From: Pseudomonas phage pPa_SNUABM_DT01
Reading direction: 5' to 3' (one strand)
Sequence record: MW735835.1
Length of the DNA stretch: 64,000 nucleotides
Below the pieces are notes generated by a model. That model was given only the letters and a program-made list of their open reading frames with translations, was not told the DNA's origin and ran no database searches. Shown here one piece after another: positions 9,652-16,760 of this stretch. Position numbers and translations under genes: made by a program. Within the stretch, counting starts at the first letter, position 1; each line of letters begins with the position of its first letter.

Positions 9652-9909
9652 AAAAGTACCACGAGGGGATAGTGTATGCGAAATACGTTGGCACGCCGTG
9701 ATGCCAGCGCCCCTTTCGGATCGCCAGTCACGCGTGATCACATCCTCGGCCTCTCACGGCGGCGCGAGGACTGGTCACCGGCTGGCGATCCCCATACAGG
9801 GGACCTGTAGAGGGCTCTCTAACCCGTTCTCGCCGCCCGTACCCGTCCGTGGCACAATGGCGTGACTACGAGGTCCCCGCCTATCCTCAACCTCGGTAAG
9901 GATCTACCG

Positions 9910-10701
9910 ATGAAACAAGTCTACCTCGGCGTCAAAATCATCGTGGGCCAGCCCATGACTCGTGGTGCTTACAACGAGTACCGCGGATGGCAAACCCCGG
10001 AGCGTGAAAACGCTGAAGACGAAGGCTATCTGGTGGAATACCCGGACAGCGCGCCGAACCACCCGGACCATGCCGGGTACATCAGCTGGTCACCCAAGTC
10101 GGTCTTCGATAACAGCCACATCGCCCTTGGCGACGTGTCGAACTTCCCGCCCTTCGCCGTCCGTCTGATCGGCGAGCGCAACCAGCTGGCCAGCAACCTG
10201 GGCAAGCTGAAGACCTTCCTGGAAGGTGACGTTACCCACCTCAGTGAGCGTAACCTCGATCTGCTGAACCGTCAGGTACAGGCACAAGAAGTCCTGCTGG
10301 ACATCCTGAACCAGCGCCTGGATTCGGTTGACCTGGGCGTGAGCGTGTCCACTTCGGTTCGCGTCGAGCTGGACCTGGCCAACAACAACGCCAAAGACCT
10401 GATGGGTCTGGCAATTGCTGCTGGTGCTGAAGGTCAAGGCCCCACCGACGTCATCGTGGCACTCGAAGATGCCAAGATCGTCGATGCCGAGGGCAACGAG
10501 ATCGCCGACTCCAGCGTCGAGATCGAGAACCTGGTGCGTGGTTTCTCCGTGAGCGGCAACATCGGCGAGAACCTCTACGGTGTTGCAGTCTGCCGTGAGC
10601 GTTGCGTAGCCAACGTGCACAGCTCCTTCGTTGAAGAAGGCACCAAGCTGTCCCTGCTGGTCAAGATCGGCAGCCACAACCGCGCGCCAGCTTTCGCGTA
10701 A
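9910..10701 (+). CDS. Hypothetical protein (264 aa; the ORF track starts at 9862)
   Basis: ATG at 9910 with ggtaagga RBS. N-terminal domain YLGVKIIVGQPMTRGAYNEYRGW was not recognised. Confidence 0.5.
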   Translation: MKQVYLGVKIIVGQPMTRGAYNEYRGWQTPERENAEDEGYLVEYPDSAPNHPDHAGYISWSPKSVFDNSHIALGDVSNFPPFAVRLIGERNQLASNLGKLKTFLEGDVTHLSERNLDLLNRQVQAQEVLLDILNQRLDSVDLGVSVSTSVRVELDLANNNAKDLMGLAIAAGAEGQGPTDVIVALEDAKIVDAEGNEIADSSVEIENLVRGFSVSGNIGENLYGVAVCRERCVANVHSSFVEEGTKLSLLVKIGSHNRAPAFA

Positions 10702-10706
10702 ATCGT

Positions 10707-10760
10707 TACGGCCTCCGTAGATAGATATGTGAAACCACTATTCATCTTACGGAGGCTTTC
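10707..10760 (+). promoter_or_regulatory. Inverted repeat gcctccgta .. tacggaggc enclosing about 30 nt. The 3' arm contains the GGAGG Shine-Dalgarno of the small ORF at 10762.
   Basis: 9-bp perfect inverted repeat. The RBS is embedded in the stem. Confidence 0.35.
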
Positions 10761-10761
10761 G

Positions 10762-10938
10762 ATGTATCGCGTCCTGTCACTCGAAAAGATTCGCCAGCAA
10801 CAAACCCCCGAGGAACTGGAGAACAATCGCCAGAAGACCTTGGAAGCATGCGCTCGTTTCAAAGAGGCTCAAGAATCCTTGGAGAAGCTCTGTGCAGAAC
10901 GAGGCATCGAAGTGCCCGTGATGATGTGCGCTGCCTGA
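10762..10938 (+). CDS. Small hypothetical protein (58 aa, charged helical)
   Basis: ATG 7 nt after GGAGG. The ORF track lists 10729-10938. Confidence 0.4.
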   Translation: MYRVLSLEKIRQQQTPEELENNRQKTLEACARFKEAQESLEKLCAERGIEVPVMMCAA

Positions 10939-10939
10939 T

Positions 10940-11350
10940 GTCGGAGGCTCCCTAGACGTGGATGCGTTGCACGGCTTGCGTCCATTCATGTCAGGGGTGG
11001 TTCCCGGGGTACGGGGAGCCTCCACATTCTCAAGCCTGTACTCTGCCTATGGTATGTCGACCGAAGATTTCTTCCCTCGATGTGCTATGGCCCGAGACGA
11101 ACTGCGATTCAGGGGCGGTCCTGGCTTGAGAAAGGCTCCAGCTTCAACTGGAGTCGAGTCCCAACGAATTACGACAGCTCAAGGCGCTGCTGCGCTTGGA
11201 TTGGGAGATCCCGGTCGGCTGTCACCTGTTCGGAAAAGGCCCGGGTTAGCGGGCATCGGGCCAGCGGCAGCCTTTTGGCAGCGCGCGATAATGGCCGGCA
11301 GCCTACGTGGTAGCCATCCGCCGGCGCCCGGGCCTTTTCCACCTAGTTGT
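10940..11350 (+). ncRNA. GC-rich structured non-coding region upstream of the tRNA pair. Possible ncRNA or tRNA-processing leader.
   Basis: 14-bp perfect inverted repeat ggaaaaggcccggg (about 11231) with cccgggccttttcc (about 11327). 9-bp inverted repeat ggaggctcc/ggagcctcc (about 10944/11013). Hairpin ctccag-cttcaa-ctggag. Overlapping ORFs have antisense-like composition. Confidence 0.3.
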
Positions 11351-11426
11351 TCCGCGATAGCTCAGTTGGTAGAGCAGCAGACTGTTAATCTGTTGGTCCC
11401 TGGTTCGAGTCCAGGTCGCGGAGCCA
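11351..11426 (+). tRNA. tRNA-Asn (anticodon GTT), CCA encoded
   Basis: Manual cloverleaf: acceptor TCCGCGA/TCGCGGA, D-arm GCTC-AGTTGGTA-GAGC, anticodon loop CTGTTAA, T-arm CCTGG-TTCGAGT-CCAGG, discriminator G, CCA. Confidence 0.8.
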
Positions 11427-11435
11427 GCTTCACCC

Positions 11436-11512
11436 GGCTCCATAGTTCAGTTGGTTAGAATGCTAGCCTGTCACGCTAGAGGTCAGGGGTTCGAGTCCCC
11501 TTGGAGTCGCCA
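11436..11512 (+). tRNA. tRNA-Asp (anticodon GTC), CCA encoded
   Basis: Manual cloverleaf: acceptor GGCTCCA/TGGAGTC, anticodon stem CTAGC/GCTAG with loop CTGTCAC, T-arm AGGGG-TTCGAGT-CCCCT, discriminator G, CCA. Confidence 0.8.
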
Positions 11513-11529
11513 TTTTCACGGATACGATC

Positions 11530-11763
11530 ATGCACGATAGAATCGTTGAACTCGCCAACGCCCATGACGTCACCACCGCTGCTTTCGAAGCGCTCCTGAG
11601 TCAGGAGTTCTTGGCAAGAGTGAGTGTGTTCCATCGTCAGGCGAAGCATGTCACCGAAGTCATCAATCGTTTGCTGGTCGTGGTCCAAGGTGAGGAAACT
11701 CACTACATTGAACTCATGATGATCTTGATTGCTCCTGATCCGAAGTGGGTTCTCGCTCAATGA
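11530..11763 (+). CDS. Small hypothetical ORF (77 aa), weak RBS
   Basis: ORF-track entry directly after the tRNAs. Could instead be non-coding. Confidence 0.25.
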   Translation: MHDRIVELANAHDVTTAAFEALLSQEFLARVSVFHRQAKHVTEVINRLLVVVQGEETHYIELMMILIAPDPKWVLAQ

Positions 11764-11836
11764 GGACGTGGGGCCAGCCGGTACGGCAGTCGCTCTTGAT
11801 GCTTCTAGGAGTGGGTTCAATTCCCACCCGTCCTCA
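11762..11836 (+). pseudogene. tRNA-like element / degenerate tRNA
   Basis: Perfect 7-bp acceptor-like pairing GAGGACG..CGTCCTC plus canonical T-arm GTGGG-TTCAATT-CCCAC. D and anticodon arms do not fold canonically, and there is 1 extra nt between T-stem and acceptor. Confidence 0.3.
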
Positions 11837-12186
11837 ACCCATTCAAAGTTTCTGTTGTGCGGCGGCCGCTGTGCAACGGGATGCCGAGAGATAACTCTAG
11901 AAGGTCCAGAATCCGCCGTGGGAGGCAGACTTCCGACCTCTGGGGGCGATTGCAGTCGTCGTTCTCTTGGTTACAGTGCTAGGGACCATCCCGCCCGATA
12001 CGGTGCAAGGCTGCGACGAATTCCACAAACACGACTCCCTAGAGTGCACGCTAGAGGAGCAGCCGTACCTGAGGTCCATCCAGGTGGCGGTGTTGTAGTG
12101 TCACCCTGATGGACTGCTGTACGTTCTGGACTGGTTCCAGCCGCGGCACGTGACTACGGTAGAATAGCAACCGGTTCCGCCTCTGG

Positions 12187-12226
12187 CTGCCCGCTTGACC
12201 CTCGTTGGCGAGCGGGCAGTTATGCC
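12187..12226 (+). terminator. Hairpin ctgcccgct-(13 nt)-agcgggcag followed by TTATGCCG (hairpin+TATGCC family)
   Basis: 9-bp perfect stem. The downstream TATGCCG lies about 45 nt before the 12271 ATG. Confidence 0.4.
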
Positions 12227-12270
12227 GTTTCAACTACTTGGAACTGACTATAACAAGGACATCGGCCAAC

Positions 12271-12648
12271 ATGCACTACTTCCTGTTCTACCCAGCTCTC
12301 AACGCCTCATTCAACGACAGCACGGAACTGCTCGCTAAGTTCATGTGCCTGGGGGAGAATATCGTCGTGGCGATGGAGAAGGGTATTGAGAAGACTAAGC
12401 GAGTGGAGGAGGACGAACTCGAAGCACCACTGCTGCACCTTGTGACTGGCTTCAATGTCCGGCGCATTGAGCAGAAGTTCAACGCCATTGTAGAGAAAGT
12501 GATTGCTCGTTTCGGACAAGGATTGGAGCCCTCTCAGCCGAGCGAGAAAGGTAAACTGTCGATGATCGCCCTCCTGCTTGTACAGGACCGCTGGGACATC
12601 ATCGAGCAAGTAATAGACACTACGCCTTTGGCAATGCTGAGGCCGTAA
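12271..12648 (+). CDS. Hypothetical protein (125 aa; the ORF track starts at 12205)
   Basis: ATG at 12271, in frame. Weak RBS. Confidence 0.4.
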   Translation: MHYFLFYPALNASFNDSTELLAKFMCLGENIVVAMEKGIEKTKRVEEDELEAPLLHLVTGFNVRRIEQKFNAIVEKVIARFGQGLEPSQPSEKGKLSMIALLLVQDRWDIIEQVIDTTPLAMLRP

Positions 12649-12705
12649 CCATTTCATGAGGGGCGGCTGTCCGCCCTTTATGCCGTCACCCAAGGAGACT
12701 CATCT

Positions 12706-13143
12706 ATGCTGTCCAATCGTGAACTGTCCAAAGCCGTGCGTTGTGAAGTGCTCGGTAAAGTCAACCGCCGCATCAACTCGCTGTGTCGCATCCACAAACC
12801 GCTGCTGTCCAAGTTGGGACGTTGCTATTACGTCGTCTCGCTGAGTAACATCAAGCGGATCAAGATCCGCGTCATGTCGGCAGAGGCGCCGCTCGACCCG
12901 ACCAAACGCTGCCTGCTGGTGAACAGAGACCTCTACTCCCAGAATGCCTACTACGGTTGGGTCAAATACGACGACGGCAAGTGCCGGTTCGAGCGTCAGA
13001 AGAAAGTCAAAGAAGGGGTGACCTACGCCGATGGTCAGATCCTCTTCGAGATGACTTTGACGGGCATGGACGATCACTTCAGTCAAGAAGACGTCCGCCA
13101 GGCGTTCAAATACTACCGGGCGAAGAAGGAGTCGAAGAAATGA
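12706..13143 (+). CDS. Hypothetical protein (145 aa)
   Basis: ATG with aaggagac RBS. Confidence 0.55.
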   Translation: MLSNRELSKAVRCEVLGKVNRRINSLCRIHKPLLSKLGRCYYVVSLSNIKRIKIRVMSAEAPLDPTKRCLLVNRDLYSQNAYYGWVKYDDGKCRFERQKKVKEGVTYADGQILFEMTLTGMDDHFSQEDVRQAFKYYRAKKESKK

Positions 13144-13616
13144 AGAGCCCTTTCTTTTACCTAGGCAAGCTCACTGGGTATATCCATGGCTGGTTCACGG
13201 GCTGGATGGAGGGTCGGCGTGTTGCTGCCCTGTGGCGTCAATACGGGGCACTGGAGGCCATCCCCACTCGTCTCCTGCGTAACACCGGTCCATCGGCACC
13301 GATGATGGTGCGGCGCCAACAGGTGAAGATCGCCACGTTCCATCTGCTCAACGCCCTGGACATGACCAATGGCCCGCAGATCCCCAACACAATCGCGATG
13401 GTGGAAGCCTGGCTGAGCTTCAACTCTCAAGGCGAAGACATCATCACCATGGAGAACATCTCACGTTCAAACGGGATCGTCCACTCGCTGATTGACCTCG
13501 CTGTCCGTAAAGACGGTCTGGACAAGACCCAGTTACAAGAAGCCTTCAAGGCCATGAACAAGGTGTGGGTCTGGGAGCAGTACCGTACCAACAGATTCTT
13601 GTCCGTGGGCGATTGA
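13140..13616 (+). CDS. Hypothetical protein (158 aa), ATGA-coupled to the previous gene
   Basis: ATG at 13140 overlaps the stop of 12706-13143. The ORF track lists 12957-13616. Confidence 0.5.
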   Translation: MKSPFFYLGKLTGYIHGWFTGWMEGRRVAALWRQYGALEAIPTRLLRNTGPSAPMMVRRQQVKIATFHLLNALDMTNGPQIPNTIAMVEAWLSFNSQGEDIITMENISRSNGIVHSLIDLAVRKDGLDKTQLQEAFKAMNKVWVWEQYRTNRFLSVGD

Positions 13617-13624
13617 CATAAACG

Positions 13625-13660
13625 GGAGGGGTGCACCCCTCCCTTTCTTTTTGTTTTGAT
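13625..13660 (+). terminator. Rho-independent terminator gggagggg-TGCA-cccctccc plus TTTCTTTTTGTTTTG
   Basis: 8-bp GC stem followed by a T-rich tract. Confidence 0.65.
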
Positions 13661-13720
13661 TCGAATTATTTTCGACAATACATGATAGCGGTGAATATCC
13701 CCACCAATGTCTAAGGAGAC

Positions 13721-13978
13721 ATGATGAACCGTATCGAAAACGATGTAATGGGTACTCACGTCCTGCTCAACCTGGTCAAAGAGATCATGGACTGTGCCAT
13801 CAACATGAAGGACGAAACCACAGCCGAACGTATCCAGATGGTCCGCATCTGGTTCAACCGCGCCAAGCCGTCCGTTCAGCAGGATGTTGAAATGTTCCTG
13901 CGCCACATCCTGGCTGGGGAAGAAGAACACCAGACTCGTCTGGTTCGTTCTGCTATCGACATCATCATCACGAAATAA
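13721..13978 (+). CDS. Small hypothetical protein (85 aa)
   Basis: ATG with ctaaggagac RBS. An AT-rich stretch upstream (13660-13720) is promoter-like. Confidence 0.5.
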   Translation: MMNRIENDVMGTHVLLNLVKEIMDCAINMKDETTAERIQMVRIWFNRAKPSVQQDVEMFLRHILAGEEEHQTRLVRSAIDIIITK

Positions 13979-13987
13979 GGGATCGCC

Positions 13988-14710
13988 ATGCACAACCTGA
14001 ATGAGTTCACTGAAGACCAGTACGGCAACTTCATCATCGAGCACGATGGTGTAGAGGTCAACTACGGTCGTCTGCGCCTGATCGGGACCGAGTCGGGCAT
14101 GATGTTTGTGACCGATCTTCGTAACTACGGCGACATGGTCGAGATCTTCATGGAGGATTCGCTCTCCATGGAGAAATTCGATGGGCGGGCTAACTTCCAC
14201 CTTACCATCGAGATCGGTGAGCGAGGGGAAAGCAACTTTGTACGTTTGTGGCCGGTGCTCAATGAGGATGTCGATCGCCTCTGTCGAGTACTGACCGTGG
14301 AAACAGGTAACATCGTCGAGGTGTCGCACGAAGGCCATGTCTTGGCGGTTTATGACCGCCATGAGCTGAAGGAACAGTCTCACAACCTGGACTACTTCGA
14401 CAGCGAAGTCGCTCCCGATGCCGTCGAGGCCACTTCCTGGCCTCGACTGGAAATGGACTTCGACCTCGCGGCGAAGATCCTCAGTGAGTCCATCCGCGAC
14501 GAACTGCGTGATCATGCATTCGGCGATAAGGAAATCTACTGGCGAGATCAACACGGCCACCAAGTTGCCACGGGTTACTACGGTTCCTCTGGCGTCGAAG
14601 TGGGGATGTGCGGGTTCGACATCAACTTCTCTGAAGAAGAAGCTCGTCAGCTGGTTGGGCTGGGGACTCTGGGTGAAGTCCAGCGAAACGACTCCCAGGG
14701 GGACGAGTAA
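13988..14710 (+). CDS. Hypothetical protein (240 aa)
   Basis: ATG with aagggatcgcc RBS. Confidence 0.55.
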   Translation: MHNLNEFTEDQYGNFIIEHDGVEVNYGRLRLIGTESGMMFVTDLRNYGDMVEIFMEDSLSMEKFDGRANFHLTIEIGERGESNFVRLWPVLNEDVDRLCRVLTVETGNIVEVSHEGHVLAVYDRHELKEQSHNLDYFDSEVAPDAVEATSWPRLEMDFDLAAKILSESIRDELRDHAFGDKEIYWRDQHGHQVATGYYGSSGVEVGMCGFDINFSEEEARQLVGLGTLGEVQRNDSQGDE

Positions 14711-14833
14711 GAAATAACCAGGTCTGCTAGATGTATGATAGCAGGCCTGGTCTTGCAATAAATCGTATGAGGGTGTAAACTCTCTGCCACACAAACAAGA
14801 AACCACCACTAACCAGACGCCAAGGAGTGTCTA

Positions 14834-15163
14834 ATGAACGAAGCGCTTGGAAAGCGTGATTTGAAACGGATTCTTTCCGTTCGTTTGGATCAACTGGTGC
14901 ACGTCCCGAAGTTCTTTGACGATACTGGTTTTTCCACCCTGGGCCATTGCCTCCACGTGGAGGTAGATCGTGAAGACGGGTTGATCAAGTACGACCTGTA
15001 CGGTAACGTGGTAGCCCAAGCTCGTATCACCACTGGCGGCGTCGGTGACATTGAAGTCGTCGACAAGAAAGTGTGGGACGAGGATGAGTTGGGATTGGAT
15101 ACCCTGATCGAGTGCACGTGCGATTGCATGGGTATCTCTCCCAGGGAGATGTACAACATCTGA
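14834..15163 (+). CDS. Hypothetical protein (109 aa)
   Basis: ATG with caaggagtg RBS. Confidence 0.55.
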   Translation: MNEALGKRDLKRILSVRLDQLVHVPKFFDDTGFSTLGHCLHVEVDREDGLIKYDLYGNVVAQARITTGGVGDIEVVDKKVWDEDELGLDTLIECTCDCMGISPREMYNI

Positions 15164-15170
15164 TCCGAAA

Positions 15171-15200
15171 AGAGAGGGGCTTCGGCCCCTCTTCTTTTGC
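15171..15200 (+). terminator. Terminator agagaggggc-TTCG-gcccctcttct plus TTTGCC
   Basis: 10-bp stem, UUCG tetraloop, T-run. Confidence 0.6.
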
Positions 15201-15227
15201 CGTTTGACCATAACCAGGAGAAAGCCA

Positions 15228-15644
15228 ATGCGGAACCTCACCGCCAAGCTGTTGGTCTCAGCCCTCAAGGTACTGCATGCCGAAGAGACGTTCTTAGACA
15301 CGTGCGATTGGGAAACCTTACCCGATTACCGGATCGTCCGCATCACCCATGATGGGGAATGGAACAGCATCATCACCTTCGGCAGTAATAAGAACAAACT
15401 GACTGGCACAGTCAGAGTCAACTACAATGTACTCCGTCGTCATCTGATGGATCTCAGTTACAGCATCATCGAGACGGCTGGTGCTTCTTTCCAGACCTTC
15501 TCCAAAGCGGGTTATCCCGGGTTCTTCTTCAAGATCATGGAAAAGAAGAACCGCAAAGGAGAAACCACATTGCAGCGCCTAGAACGTGAAGCCGCAGAAG
15601 TTCAGGCCAAGCACGAACGCATGATCGCTGACAAGAAGAAATAA
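15228..15644 (+). CDS. Hypothetical protein (138 aa; the ORF track starts at 15204)
   Basis: ATG with ccaggagaaagcc RBS. Confidence 0.5.
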   Translation: MRNLTAKLLVSALKVLHAEETFLDTCDWETLPDYRIVRITHDGEWNSIITFGSNKNKLTGTVRVNYNVLRRHLMDLSYSIIETAGASFQTFSKAGYPGFFFKIMEKKNRKGETTLQRLEREAAEVQAKHERMIADKKK

Positions 15645-15650
15645 ACGGAT

Positions 15651-15668
15651 AGGGGACTTCGGTCCCCT
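15651..15668 (+). terminator. Hairpin aggggac-TTCG-gtcccct (no U-tract)
   Basis: 7-bp stem with UUCG tetraloop right after the stop. Confidence 0.4.
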
Positions 15669-15735
15669 CCCCCGTCAAGCCGACGAACGGTAATTGACAC
15701 GTAGCTGGGTTATGCTACAATTCAACTAAGGCCAC

Positions 15736-16014
15736 ATGGAGGGCAACATGAATGCAATAAATAACAAGAAAGGTACGAGAATGAAGAAAGTTGTAAACTG
15801 GTTCACCAATCGCTTGGACAAATGGTTCAAGTTCAAAACTGTCAAGCTGTTCAATTTCGAGGCTGAAGACATGAAGGTAGTAGGCTACGGGCTGATCACT
15901 CTGGCATTCGCAATCGTCATCAACGCGGGTGTCAACGCTTACGCGATACATGAAGGTAAGACTATCCATCAAACCTTTGAAGTCAACATCATCAAGAAGG
16001 AGGAGGCTAAATAA
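15736..16014 (+). CDS. Small membrane protein (one TM helix VVGYGLITLAFAIVINAGV) in a locally AT-richer island. Alternative start at 15748.
   Basis: ORF with GGAGGG RBS. Codon usage is noticeably AT-richer than its neighbours. Confidence 0.4.
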   Translation: MEGNMNAINNKKGTRMKKVVNWFTNRLDKWFKFKTVKLFNFEAEDMKVVGYGLITLAFAIVINAGVNAYAIHEGKTIHQTFEVNIIKKEEAK

Positions 16015-16029
16015 GAGCGGCACGAAAAT

Positions 16030-16072
16030 AAACCCAGGCCAAGACGGCCCGGGCTTTATTTTTTGTTTTGAA
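16030..16072 (+). terminator. Terminator cccaggcc-aagac-ggcccggg plus TTTATTTTTTGTTTTG
   Basis: Stem with one mismatch, followed by a long T-tract. Confidence 0.55.
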
Positions 16073-16117
16073 GGAATCCTATGCGTTAATTTTTCTTTTG
16101 TCCGCTAGGGATTCATT

Positions 16118-16723
16118 ATGAGATCTTTACTTATGGCGGGAGCCATGGTCAAGTCCGACATCAGAGGCAGTGTACTGTTCCAGACCAGTGGAACATTCAA
16201 ATGGAAATGTCCTGAAGGAGTCACCAAGGTATCGATAGCCCTTGTAGGTAGCGGTGGCTCTGGTTATTGGGAGAACCGTCAGATTGGTGCTGGCGGTAAC
16301 GTGCGGTTCGTCAACGACGTTCCCGTTGTTCCAGGTACAGAATACAACATCACCATCCCCAGTCAACGTGCAGCGAAGAACCTCAACGCCGATAACAGCA
16401 CCAGCGCTCTTGGCTATACGGCTAACTCTACGTTGTCCGCCACTGTACTGGGTGGTAACGGTCAACAACCACTCCAATCTCTTGGTAGCTCGATGCGAGC
16501 AGGCGGCGCGGTAGGTTATGTTGCCAGTGGTACCACTGGTCAAGGTATCAATCTCCTGACCTTCACTGCAACCGCCCCTTCCAGCGGTGGACGTTACGAT
16601 GGCCAAACCGCCGGCGGTGGTGGTGGCTACAATGGATCGAGTGCAGGTCTTGGTGCCGTGGGTGCCGTCCGCATTCTTTGGGGTAAAGGTAGAGCCTTCC
16701 CTTCCACCGATATTGTGGACTGA
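16118..16723 (+). CDS. Gly/Ser/Thr-rich protein (201 aa), possibly structural or fibre-associated
   Basis: Gly-rich segments GSGGSGY, GGGGGYNGSSAGLGAVGAV. AT-rich upstream leader. Confidence 0.45.
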   Translation: MRSLLMAGAMVKSDIRGSVLFQTSGTFKWKCPEGVTKVSIALVGSGGSGYWENRQIGAGGNVRFVNDVPVVPGTEYNITIPSQRAAKNLNADNSTSALGYTANSTLSATVLGGNGQQPLQSLGSSMRAGGAVGYVASGTTGQGINLLTFTATAPSSGGRYDGQTAGGGGGYNGSSAGLGAVGAVRILWGKGRAFPSTDIVD

Positions 16724-16760
16724 CAGCATAGAGCCCGGCATCTGCCGGGCTCTATGCTCT
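16724..16760. terminator. Bidirectional terminator between convergent genes: 15-bp perfect palindrome gcatagagcccggca-TCT-tgccgggctctatgc
   Basis: Sits exactly between the plus gene end (16723) and the minus gene end (16760). Confidence 0.6.

Noticed and set aside
11140-11175. Possible third tRNA around ctccag-cttcaa-ctggag-tcgagtccc
   Set aside because: A hairpin plus a T-loop-like TCGAGTCC is present, but no acceptor or D-arm could be built. Probably just a stem-loop.
10958-11458. 166-aa plus ORF and 77/114-aa ORFs around 11080-11820
   Set aside because: They overlap the two tRNA genes and the structured non-coding region. They have Gly/Arg/Pro-rich nonsense composition.
11729-12109. 126-aa plus ORF across the tRNA-like element
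   Set aside because: It overlaps the tRNA-like remnant and GC-rich hairpins. No RBS. Composition is non-protein-like.
13427-14809. 460-aa minus-strand ORF
   Set aside because: Overlaps three well-formed plus-strand genes with good RBSs. Antisense-type composition.
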